Part shown: positions 21,884 through 29,750 of the stretch, piece by piece
How positions within the stretch are numbered: position 1 is the stretch's first letter
Layout: every line of letters starts with the position of its first letter
Origin: a virus
Lineage: Duplodnaviria; Caudoviricetes
IMG/VR virus record: IMGVR_UViG_3300031998_000028
Span: 50,916-114,915 of that record
Length of the DNA stretch: 64,000 bases
Direction: 5' to 3' (one strand)
Translations under genes and position numbers: made by a program
Notes under the pieces: model-generated
Told to the model about the DNA's origin: nothing
Databases searched by the model: none
The model's input: the letters and a program-made list of their open reading frames with translations, nothing else

Positions 21884-21958
21884 GGGTCATTAGTCCAATG
21901 GCAGAACGGCGGACTGTTAATCCGTATGTTACAGGTTCAAGTCCTGTATGACCCGCCA
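21884..21958 (+). tRNA. tRNA-Asn(GTT)
   Basis: cloverleaf, CCA end. Confidence 0.9.
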
Positions 21959-21965
21959 CATATGG

Positions 21966-22040
21966 TCCCCTATGGTGTAATGGTAGCATAGCTGGCTCTA
22001 ACCCAGCAGATACCCGTTCAAATCGAGGTTGGGGGTGCCA
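21966..22040 (+). tRNA. amber-decoding tRNA (CTA anticodon), probably Gln
   Basis: GCTGG-CTCTAAC-CCAGC; unpaired 1:72, G73, D arm resembles tRNA-Gln(CTG) at 25572. Confidence 0.9.
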
Positions 22041-22133
22041 ATAAAGGGGTAGCAAAGGAGTAATTAACCTTTGAGATAATGGCGCCTCTCACGTCAAGCC
22101 CGATAATATATATACTTAGGAGAGGTAAGTATT

Positions 22134-22865
22134 ATGAGTTGCGGCGTTTATAAAATTACCAATTTAATTAATAATCATTGCTATATTGGATAGTCTATTT
22201 ACATTGAACAGCGTTGGCGTAGACATAAATCTAATATTAATAATGCCAATGGAGAAGAATATAACTATCCTTTATATCGAGCAATAAGAAAATATGGAAT
22301 AAGTAATTTTTCTTTTGAAATATTAGAAGAATGTTTATCTTCATAGTTAAATGAAAGAGAACAATTTTATATCTCTTATTATAAACCTGAATATAATCAA
22401 ACAATTGAAGGTCAGATAACTGGTGGTTATATTAAATTAACTCCAATTACGCTTCAATCTCTTAGATAGGATTTATTAGATAATAAGTTACCTTATCGTG
22501 AGTTATCTTCAAAATATAATATTGGATTAGATTGTATTTCTAGAATTAATCAAGGCCATGCTTATCATGATGATAATATAAATTACCCGATAAGAAAAGT
22601 AAAAAGACTTGAATAGAAATATTGTCCTATTTGTGGAAAACCAATTCAACAAGATTCTACTATGTGCATTTCTTGTTATAATAATAGTAGAAGTTAGGCT
22701 CCTACAAAAGAAGAATTGTATAATACTTTGGTAAAATTGAACGGTAATTTTACTAAAGCAGGACAGTATTATAATATTAGTGATAATGGTGTTCGTAAAT
22801 GGTGTAAAAAATATGGATTGCCATATCATTCTAAAGACTATAAAAAAATTTTTGAAAGGAAGTAA
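22134..22865 (+). CDS. GIY-YIG homing endonuclease (TAG=Gln)
   Basis: GVYKITN..CYIG[TAG]S..EQRW; C-terminal Zn-finger/HTH. Confidence 0.8.
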
Positions 22866-22869
22866 TATC

Positions 22870-23061
22870 ATGCTCAATAAGTTTGCTAAAATCTATAACA
22901 TTAGTCCGAAGCCCGATTCCAAACGTCAACAGTGGCTTCGAGATAATGCGCGTACATATGACAGAGTAGTCTGCGCAGAATGCGGTGAAGGGCATACAAC
23001 TCTATATAAAGTTGGCGAGCAGTATTACTGCCTCGAGCATCGAAATAGAGTAGTGTCATAA
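22870..23061 (+). CDS. small Zn-finger protein
   Basis: CAEC..YCLEH. Confidence 0.5.
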   Translation: MLNKFAKIYNISPKPDSKRQQWLRDNARTYDRVVCAECGEGHTTLYKVGEQYYCLEHRNRVVS

Positions 23062-23072
23062 AGACACAATAT

Positions 23073-23163
23073 GCTGGGATAGTTTAATGGTAAAACAGCG
23101 GGTTTATACCCCGTAGCGCCAGATTAGCGGCTTTTCAGGGTTCGAGTCCCTGTCCCAGTCCCA
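23073..23163 (+). tRNA. tRNA-Ile(TAT) with long variable arm
   Basis: GCGGG-TTTATAC-CCCGT, about 20-nt variable arm. Confidence 0.75.
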
Positions 23164-23314
23164 CTTGGGAGGAAGAAGAAATTCGTTATACCTCCGAAGA
23201 GTATGCCGTTTAGTATTAAGGAGACTACATTCCGGCCATAATAGAATCAAACTCCGAAAATAGTGGACCTGCGGACGGAGTTTAAAAAATTAAATCCCGT
23301 CCGGCTTTTTATAT

Positions 23315-23390
23315 ACCGGGGTCATATAGTTGGTAAATATGCAAAACTGATAATTTTGTCACGTAGGTTCAAATCCTATCCCTGGTACCA
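23315..23390 (+). tRNA. tRNA-Ile(GAT)
   Basis: cloverleaf, CCA end. Confidence 0.9.
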
Positions 23391-23443
23391 GTGTCCGATT
23401 TACCATGGTCAGCCCGTTAGACCTTAAATAGCGGGATAGTTAT

Positions 23444-23518
23444 GGGCGTGTGGCGCAATGGTAGCGCAAGAAACTTTTAATTTCGAGGTTGTCGGTTCAA
23501 GTCCGGTCACGCCCACCA
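23444..23518 (+). tRNA. tRNA-Lys(TTT)
   Basis: cloverleaf, CCA end. Confidence 0.9.
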
Positions 23519-23521
23519 AAT

Positions 23522-23598
23522 GCGTCCGTCGCCTAATGGAAATGGCAAGTGGCTTCTACCCACTCAAAGTGCGGGTTCGACTCCTGCCGGGCGTACCA
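23522..23598 (+). tRNA. tRNA-Arg(TCT)
   Basis: cloverleaf, CCA end. Confidence 0.9.
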
Positions 23599-23714
23599 GT
23601 TCGTGTCCATATATGACGGTCATATCTTTAAGTGAGCAAGAGGTTCGATTCCCTTGGTGTCCGGGTTCGACTCCCGGGCGCGCCTGGTGGCAATAAATCT
23701 TAAAGCACGAATAT

Positions 23715-23789
23715 GCGTCTGTCGTTCAATGGAAAGGACAATGCTCTCCTAAGGCATAAATCAGAGTTCAAATCTCTGCGGGCGTACCA
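23715..23789 (+). tRNA. tRNA-Arg(CCT)
   Basis: cloverleaf, CCA end. Confidence 0.9.
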
Positions 23790-23845
23790 AATACTTTTAA
23801 GGGGTGATATTATGCTATAAATTCTATGTATAGGAGGATAGTATA

Positions 23846-24145
23846 ATGTCCAGAAGTTACAAACATCATCCTTTTTGCACTGACCGTAAGCATGGCGCAA
23901 AATGGTGGAAAAGTCAAGCAAATCGTAAAGTTCGTCATACTTTTAATATACCTAATGGTAAGGCATATCGTAAAGTTTATAATCCTTGGAATATTCGTGA
24001 TTATGTATGGTACGAAAGTCGTCATGGCGCGGCCGCCTGGTACAACCGTTATGTAACAAATGGTTATGATTGGTGGCGTGAGAAGTACCCTACTTTTGAG
24101 GATTATATGAACAACTGTTGGGCGCATGACTTCTATAGAAAATAA
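23846..24145 (+). CDS. basic hypothetical protein (MSRSYK type)
   Basis: AGGAGG RBS. Confidence 0.65.
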   Translation: MSRSYKHHPFCTDRKHGAKWWKSQANRKVRHTFNIPNGKAYRKVYNPWNIRDYVWYESRHGAAAWYNRYVTNGYDWWREKYPTFEDYMNNCWAHDFYRK

Positions 24146-24204
24146 AAATTTGATAAATCTTAAAAATTATGATATAATAATATTAGAAAGTGAGGGAAGA
24201 ACCA

Positions 24205-24372
24205 ATGGGCAGAGATAGACAAGAATTTAAAAAAAGTCCAGAGGAATTAACCGAGTACCTCATGTTTCGGCGCCGCGGCTCAATAGCCCCTTCCAAAAAG
24301 GGCCGCGGTAGCCCATATAAAAGAAACTCAAAACATAAGAAAAGAGAGGAAGAACGTAATGCCTTTTGTTGA
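24205..24372 (+). CDS. ArfA/BrfA-like ribosome rescue factor candidate
   Basis: MFRRR..SKKGRGSPYKRNSKHK resembles the ArfA FR.R...KKGKGSY.R..KH motif. Confidence 0.55.
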   Translation: MGRDRQEFKKSPEELTEYLMFRRRGSIAPSKKGRGSPYKRNSKHKKREEERNAFC

Positions 24373-24562
24373 TTGCTTTGCCTACTGCGGCATTGGCATG
24401 AACAAGTGCAAGAACAAGTATTGTTCGGCTAATCCGAACTATACAGCGCCGAAGCCTCGTGTGAAGCCGAAAGGTGGACCCGGCGCGCCATGTCATACGA
24501 CTCGTTCTAAAATCCGTAAGGACGATGGACGCGGTTATACGTACTGGCAATTCGAGGATTAA
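24359..24562 (+). CDS. small Cys-rich basic protein
   Basis: ORF overlapping the previous gene. Confidence 0.5.
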   Translation: MPFVDCFAYCGIGMNKCKNKYCSANPNYTAPKPRVKPKGGPGAPCHTTRSKIRKDDGRGYTYWQFED

Positions 24563-24580
24563 GCACCGAAAGGTGCATAT

Positions 24581-24655
24581 GGGTTACAGGTGTTATGGCG
24601 GCATAGCAGACTCTTAATCTGACAGGTCAGGGTTCAAATCCCTGGTAGCCCACCA
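24581..24655 (+). tRNA. tRNA-Lys(CTT)
   Basis: cloverleaf, CCA end. Confidence 0.85.
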
Positions 24656-24658
24656 AAT

Positions 24659-24734
24659 GCCCTTGTGGACAATCGGTAAAGTCGACAGCCTGTCACGCTG
24701 TAGGTAGCGGGGTCAGCACCCGTCAGGGGCGCCA
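24659..24734 (+). tRNA. tRNA-Asp(GTC)
   Basis: cloverleaf, atypical T loop, G73. Confidence 0.85.
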
Positions 24735-24831
24735 CTTAAAATTGGTCTAAAATAAAAATTGGGCTAATTCCCCAAAGTCAGATTTCTTCCAAAAATTATA
24801 TTCTCTTTTATATTTTTCTACTTATAAATGA

Positions 24832-24910
24832 CGGGAAGTAGAGGAAGAGGGACCTCGCCTGTTTTGGGAACAGGACATTAGTGCGGCTTCGAGTGCTGCC
24901 TTCCCGACCA
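24832..24910 (+). tRNA. tRNA-Pro(TGG)
   Basis: C1-G72, CCTGT-TTTGGGA-ACAGG. Confidence 0.8.
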
Positions 24911-24928
24911 ATTAAAGGAGAATATAAT

Positions 24929-25501
24929 ATGGGAAAAAGTTTGACATTAGAAGAAATTAACGCTCGTTTTGAGAATAGTTTTGATCAAAAGGTTATTGCA
25001 ACTAAATATTTAAATAAGCGTTCTCCAGTTGAATTAAAATGCTTAGAGTGTGGACATGAATGGTCACAACCGGCCGCATCTGTACTATTTAATGAGCATC
25101 ATAAATGTCCAAATTGCGGCATTGTTAAAAAGATAAAGCTTAAATGTGCTTATTGTGGAAAAGAAATTGAGCGATTTCCAAGCGACATTAAGGCAAATAA
25201 AACAGGTTATTTTTATTGTAGTCACACTTGTGGTAATCGTCATAAAAATCAATTACGCATGGAAAGTGGCGAATGGGACAATTCAGTAAATTATCGCTAT
25301 AAAGCTATGTATAATTTACCACATAAGTGTGCTGTATGTGGATGGGCAGAAGATGAGCGTATTTTAGAAGTTCATCATAAGGACGAAGATAGAAACAATA
25401 ATGCATTAGATAATTTAACCATTTTATGCCCAACTTGTCACAGAAAAATTACACTTGGGTACTATAAATTAACTGAGGATTATAAATTAATTGAGATATA
25501 A
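24929..25501 (+). CDS. Zn-ribbon HNH endonuclease
   Basis: CxxC repeats, EVHHKD.DRNNN.LDNL.ILCPTCH. Confidence 0.85.
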   Translation: MGKSLTLEEINARFENSFDQKVIATKYLNKRSPVELKCLECGHEWSQPAASVLFNEHHKCPNCGIVKKIKLKCAYCGKEIERFPSDIKANKTGYFYCSHTCGNRHKNQLRMESGEWDNSVNYRYKAMYNLPHKCAVCGWAEDERILEVHHKDEDRNNNALDNLTILCPTCHRKITLGYYKLTEDYKLIEI

Positions 25502-25571
25502 ATACTGCGGCGGCTCAGTTTGAATGGAGCGGTCTATATGGCTACTCTATGTTTATAACCGCCATTTATAT

Positions 25572-25645
25572 GGGCGATTGGTGTAACGGTAACACATTTG
25601 GCTCTGACCCAAAAGTTTGAGGTTCAAATCCTTAATCGTCTGCCA
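25572..25645 (+). tRNA. tRNA-Gln(CTG)
   Basis: cloverleaf, G73. Confidence 0.9.
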
Positions 25646-26075
25646 AAAGTCAGTAGGCAAGCATTAAAAGCCGAGAAGAAAATATAGTTCCTCAAGATAC
25701 TGTGGCTAGTTTGAGCCAAGGTATAATAAGAATTGGGACACCAGCGGAGAGAACCGCGCAGCTACTGGAGAGAAACCAGACAAAAAACATCTGTGCAACC
25801 CAATTGGAACTCGTGTGATTGAAACTGCACACCTGGCTTTAAAAATTTGATTTTCTATAAATTTTATGATATAATATTTATAGAAAGTAAGGGAAGAAAT
25901 ATCGCTCGCAGTTATAGTTCCGTGCGACTTGAACAAGGGTAAGAGCACCCCAGGACACTTACCTGGCTCCTATTGACACATGACGGAAGTCGGTGTAAAT
26001 CCGACAGCTTCTCTTCTTTATAAGTAAACCGGGGAGGTACTGAGACGTCCGGATTATCAAAAACCTCCGTTATAT

Positions 26076-26149
26076 ACCGCCATAGTGTAAAGGTAACACA
26101 GAAGCCTTTGAAGCTTTTGTTATTGGTTCGAATCCAGTTGGCGGTGCCA
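26076..26149 (+). tRNA. tRNA-Gln(TTG)
   Basis: cloverleaf, G73. Confidence 0.9.
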
Positions 26150-26152
26150 TAT

Positions 26153-26228
26153 GCCCGATTACCCCAACGGAAGAGGGAGCTGGCTTAGAACCAGTAAAGT
26201 GTGGGTTCAAATCCCATGTCGGGTACCA
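26153..26228 (+). tRNA. tRNA-Leu(TAG), short variable arm
   Basis: GCTGG-CTTAGAA-CCAGT. Confidence 0.85.
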
Positions 26229-26233
26229 AATAT

Positions 26234-26316
26234 GGGCGAGTTGAGCAATGGTGGCTCAGGAGTCTGTAAAACTCTGGTCTAACGACATGTAGGTTCAAGT
26301 CCTACCTCGCTCACCA
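26234..26316 (+). tRNA. tRNA-Tyr(GTA)
   Basis: cloverleaf with long variable arm. Confidence 0.9.
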
Positions 26317-26404
26317 TTTAAGCGACCGCTCTAAACGGTATGGGTGAAATCTAACCCATTGACAATGAGTGAAGGAACGTCACTCTGACGCTGTAATATT
26401 ATAT

Positions 26405-26482
26405 GCGCCAGTAGCTCAATGGAGAGAGCGCGGGGCCACGAACCCCGGACTTGTGGGAGTTCAAATCTTCTCTGGCGTACCA
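26405..26482 (+). tRNA. tRNA-Arg(ACG)
   Basis: CGGGG-CCACGAA-CCCCG. Confidence 0.85.
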
Positions 26483-26615
26483 ATAGTTGGGTTCCAGTAG
26501 AGACTGAAAAGGACCTTTGGTTCCAGATGACTGTTACCAAGCAGTACTTAGTATGTGTATCCTGTAGCTAAGGCGAGCCGGAAGTCGCGGGTTTCCGCCC
26601 AACTAAATTTTATAT

Positions 26616-26691
26616 ACGGATTTAGCTCAACTGGAAGAGCATTGCGTTTACACCGCAGAGGTTATGGGTTCAAGTCCCTTAGTCCGTACCA
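26616..26691 (+). tRNA. tRNA-Val(TAC)
   Basis: cloverleaf, CCA end. Confidence 0.9.
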
Positions 26692-26693
26692 TT

Positions 26694-26759
26694 AAGACCC
26701 GTACAGCAAATATAACTTACAAAACTGCAAATTTTTGGAAGAAGTTTTTATTGGGTCTT
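26694..26759 (+). ncRNA. CAGCAA-stem small RNA copy E3
   Basis: AAGACCC-GTA-CAGCAA...GGGTCTT; inner hairpin AAAA-CTGCAAA-TTTT. Confidence 0.6.
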
Positions 26760-26765
26760 GTATAT

Positions 26766-26852
26766 GCACGAGTGCTGCAATAGGAAGCCAGGCATGGTTG
26801 AGGTCCATGTGTCCGATAGGACATAGGGGTTCAAGTCCCCTCTCGTGTACCA
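26766..26852 (+). tRNA. tRNA-Leu(GAG)
   Basis: long variable arm, CCA end. Confidence 0.85.
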
Positions 26853-26880
26853 AATAACTAAAAAGAGAAGTGAGAAAAAA

Positions 26881-27357
26881 ATGATAAGTCCAACTCATGG
26901 AGAAATAACTCTGCGGCAGACCGCACTCTTAATCAAAAATTTCATAGAGTTAGACCCGGATTCACAATATGCAATCTATATTGGTTCTGATAGTCAAAAT
27001 ACTTACTACACCAAGATGGTAACTGTCATCGCAGTCCATAAGGTCGGCCGCGGTGGTCAGTACTTTTATGAGGTTTCCAAATACGACAAGATTCGTGATA
27101 TTCGCACGAAGCTTTATACGGAAACTCAACTTAGCTTGGATATGACAGGTAGGCTTTTTGATGAATTTGAAGCTCTTGGGTTTGAATATGATGCAGATAA
27201 TATCATGTTCTGTATTCATATTGACGCAGGTAACGGTGGTCCAAGTGGTCAAGTAATACCTGAAGTAGTTGGATATGTTCATTCTATGGGTTATAACTGC
27301 GAAGTTAAACCAGATAGTCCGATTGCTTCTTGTATTGCAGATAGAATAAGTAAGTAA
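26881..27357 (+). CDS. RNase H-like YkuK/DUF458 family protein
   Basis: IGSDSQ...VIAVHKVGRGG..E...S, IHIDAG..G.S, KPDS..AS..ADR. Confidence 0.75.
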   Translation: MISPTHGEITLRQTALLIKNFIELDPDSQYAIYIGSDSQNTYYTKMVTVIAVHKVGRGGQYFYEVSKYDKIRDIRTKLYTETQLSLDMTGRLFDEFEALGFEYDADNIMFCIHIDAGNGGPSGQVIPEVVGYVHSMGYNCEVKPDSPIASCIADRISK

Positions 27358-27364
27358 GTAAATA

Positions 27365-27453
27365 AAGGCGCGCACAGCTAAATCTATTATAGCATAATGG
27401 TAATGCACCCGACTTGTAATCAGGATATACGGTTCGAATCCGTTTAGCGCCTT
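27365..27453 (+). ncRNA. CAGCWA-stem small RNA copy E4 carrying a tRNA-Thr(TGT)-like body without acceptor stem
   Basis: AAGGCGC-GCA-CAGCTA...GCGCCTT encloses D arm, CTTGTAA loop and ACGG-TTCGAAT-CCGT. Confidence 0.65.
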
Positions 27454-27464
27454 GAATAAATAAA

Positions 27465-27537
27465 AAGACACTTGCAGCAAATCTTTTCTTTAATCGCCAT
27501 TGAATTATAATATTTTGATTAGATATTAGGGTGTCTT
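27465..27537 (+). ncRNA. CAGCAA-stem small RNA copy E5
   Basis: AAGACAC-TTG-CAGCAA...GTGTCTT. Confidence 0.6.
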
Positions 27538-27549
27538 GATACAAACTAA

Positions 27550-27665
27550 TAGACCCATACAGCAATCATTCTTATAGAGAATATGTTATTGGTTCGATTC
27601 CAATTATGCAAGCCATAAATTTTGCGTATTGAGCAATAGGTAGCTCAGTTCTACTAAAGGGTCTA
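27550..27665 (+). ncRNA. CAGCAA-stem small RNA copy E6 with circularly permuted tRNA-like domain (YrlA-like topology)
   Basis: TAGACCC-ATA-CAGCAA...T arm, loop-closed acceptor stem, D arm...GGGTCTA. Confidence 0.7.
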
Positions 27666-27718
27666 GTCTTTATCTCGACCGAGATAAATCATTTTGGAGA
27701 AAAAGGAGAAAATAAAAC

Positions 27719-29245
27719 ATGAATTTTACTAACGCTCTTGATAAGGAGTTCAACTATAAGTTGACCGAAAATGGCGGCCTTGCGCATAAGTCTACCTGTG
27801 ACGCGCTCTATGATATGTTTGCCCTGGGTGGCGCATATCGTAGTCGTAGCGATGAGGATTGTGTCTTCCTTTTCATGAAGGCATTTGAGGAAAGTCCTAC
27901 TTATGCTATGAAGTGCCTCTTCTATCTGCGTGACATTTTGCAGGGACAGGGCGAACGTCGCTTCTTCCGTGTCTGCATTAAGTGGGCCGCGGACAACCAT
28001 CCTTTGGAGATGGAGCGCAATCTCAAGTACGTACCGGAATACGGTCGTTGGGATGACCTATATGCCTTCGTAGGCACCAAGCTGGAAGCGAGTATGTGGG
28101 CCTTCATGTATGAGCAGTTCCGTCTGGATATGGCTTCCAAGACTCCTTCTCTGCTCGGAAAGTGGCTCAAGTCTGAGAATACTTCCAGCAAGGAGTCTCG
28201 CGTCCTTGGCGCAAAGACTCGTAAGGCTCTCGGTATGACTGCGCCTGCCTACCGCAAGGCTCTGTCTTCTCTTCGTAAGCGCATCAATGTCCTTGAGCGT
28301 CTTATGAGTGAGCGCCGTTGGGATGAAATCGAGTTCGATAAAATCCCTTCTAAGGCTGGCCTCATCTACAAGAACGCCTTCGCGCGTCACGATGTGGAGC
28401 GCGCCCGCAATAAGGCTGTGCAGACTTACGAGCAGTTCGCTAAGGATAAGAACACTAAAGTTAACGCCAAGGCTCTATATCCTTACGAGGTAGTCGAAAA
28501 GGCTATTGACGTGTTCGGTGGTATCTACTGGCGTTGGAACCGCCATGAAGTGCCTTTGGATGATACCAATCGTCTGATGGTCAACAAGTACTGGGAGAAT
28601 CTGGCAGAGTATATCTCTAAGCTGGATATGAACGCTCTTTGTGTTGTGGATACCAGCGGCTCTATGCATGGTACTCCTATTGACATCGCAATCTCTCTCG
28701 GTATGATTGCGGCTGATAAGGCTCATGGTCCTTTCCATGGACGCTACATCAGCTTCAGTTCTCGTCCTCAGCTCATTAAGGTTGAGGGTGTGGATTTCGT
28801 AGATAAGGTTCGCCGCATCTATGAAACCAATCTTTGCGAGAACACCAATCTCGAAGCAACTTTCGATATGCTTCTCAATGTGGCTCAGAAGAACCACATG
28901 AAGCAGAAGGATTTGCCAGATACCATTATCGTCATCAGCGATATGGAGATTGACTGTGCATATGGTGGCTATGGTTGGAGTTCTGACCATAGCGCGGCTC
29001 GTGCAAAGAACCGCACCATGATGGAGAATATGCGTCGTAAGTGGGCACGTGCAGGCTATAAGCTTCCTAAGATGGTGTACTGGAACGTGGATGCGCGCCA
29101 GGATACATTCTTGGATGATGGCCCAGACGTAACTTACGTTAGCGGTGCAAGTGCTATCTTGTTTGAGCAAGTCGCAAAGGGCATCACCGCGCAGGACCTC
29201 ATGTTCGAGAAGCTCGACAGTGAGCGTTACGCAAAAATAAAATAA
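27719..29245 (+). CDS. DUF2828-family protein with C-terminal vWA domain (Ro60/TROVE-like architecture)
   Basis: TENG, FYLRDI..GQGERRFF, EYGRWDDL, GKWLKSE; MIDAS DTSGS and ISDME; VYWNV. Confidence 0.8.
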   Translation: MNFTNALDKEFNYKLTENGGLAHKSTCDALYDMFALGGAYRSRSDEDCVFLFMKAFEESPTYAMKCLFYLRDILQGQGERRFFRVCIKWAADNHPLEMERNLKYVPEYGRWDDLYAFVGTKLEASMWAFMYEQFRLDMASKTPSLLGKWLKSENTSSKESRVLGAKTRKALGMTAPAYRKALSSLRKRINVLERLMSERRWDEIEFDKIPSKAGLIYKNAFARHDVERARNKAVQTYEQFAKDKNTKVNAKALYPYEVVEKAIDVFGGIYWRWNRHEVPLDDTNRLMVNKYWENLAEYISKLDMNALCVVDTSGSMHGTPIDIAISLGMIAADKAHGPFHGRYISFSSRPQLIKVEGVDFVDKVRRIYETNLCENTNLEATFDMLLNVAQKNHMKQKDLPDTIIVISDMEIDCAYGGYGWSSDHSAARAKNRTMMENMRRKWARAGYKLPKMVYWNVDARQDTFLDDGPDVTYVSGASAILFEQVAKGITAQDLMFEKLDSERYAKIK

Positions 29246-29270
29246 GGGAAGAGAAATCTTCCCTTTCCGT

Positions 29271-29352
29271 GCGTCCTTATCGTGGCCGGCTCCGCCTTGA
29301 AAGCGGCTGGTATCAGGGATGATATGGGGATCGACACCTCAGGGGCGCGCCA
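29271..29352 (+). tRNA. tRNA-Ser(TGA), non-canonical (8/4-compatible)
   Basis: CCGC-CTTGAAA-GCGG, long variable arm, G73. Confidence 0.7.
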
Positions 29353-29355
29353 TAT

Positions 29356-29440
29356 GCGGAGTTCGCCTAATGGTAGGGCAACAGTCTAGAAAACTGTCGG
29401 ATGAAAGTCTATGTGGGTTCAAGTCCCTCACTCCGCGCCA
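29356..29440 (+). tRNA. tRNA-Ser(AGA)
   Basis: ACAGT-CTAGAAA-ACTGT, long variable arm, G73. Confidence 0.8.
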
Positions 29441-29451
29441 ATTTATAATAT

Positions 29452-29540
29452 GCGCTGTGAACCAGTCGGGGTACTGGGCTAGCCTGCTAAGCTAAGTGTT
29501 CTCTTTTGGGAATTTGGGTCGGGACCAACGCGGCGCGCCA
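29452..29540 (+). tRNA. tRNA-Ser(GCT), 8/4 fold
   Basis: GCGCTGTG/CGCGGCGC 8-bp acceptor stem, TTGG/CCAA 4-bp T stem. Confidence 0.75.
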
Positions 29541-29542
29541 AT

Positions 29543-29618
29543 GGTTTGATAGTATAGTTGGTAATTATAAGGCACTTGTAATGCTTAGACCTCGGTTCAA
29601 ATCCGAGTCAAACCTCCA
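29543..29618 (+). tRNA. tRNA-Thr(TGT)
   Basis: cloverleaf, CCA end. Confidence 0.85.
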
Positions 29619-29639
29619 TATAAAACCTTCCAATAATAT

Positions 29640-29713
29640 GTACCCCTGGTGTAACGGTAGCATATCCGGCTCCAACCCGGCTGGTCAGAGTTCAAATCTT
29701 TGGGGGTATGCCA
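29640..29713 (+). tRNA. tRNA-Trp(CCA)
   Basis: cloverleaf, G73. Confidence 0.9.
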
Positions 29714-29750
29714 GCGCGCAAGCGTAAATTTTATTAAAGGCAGGTCAAAT

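Noticed and set aside
26153-26228. tRNA with TAG anticodon as the amber suppressor
   Set aside because: Anticodon TAG reads CTA (Leu); the amber decoder is the CTA-anticodon tRNA at 21966.
16408-26898. Many short ORFs in the track overlapping the RNA island (e.g. 18594..18920, 20517..20906, 21789..22055, 26331..26540)
   Set aside because: They are antisense to tRNAs or structured RNA and lack RBSs or recognisable protein motifs.
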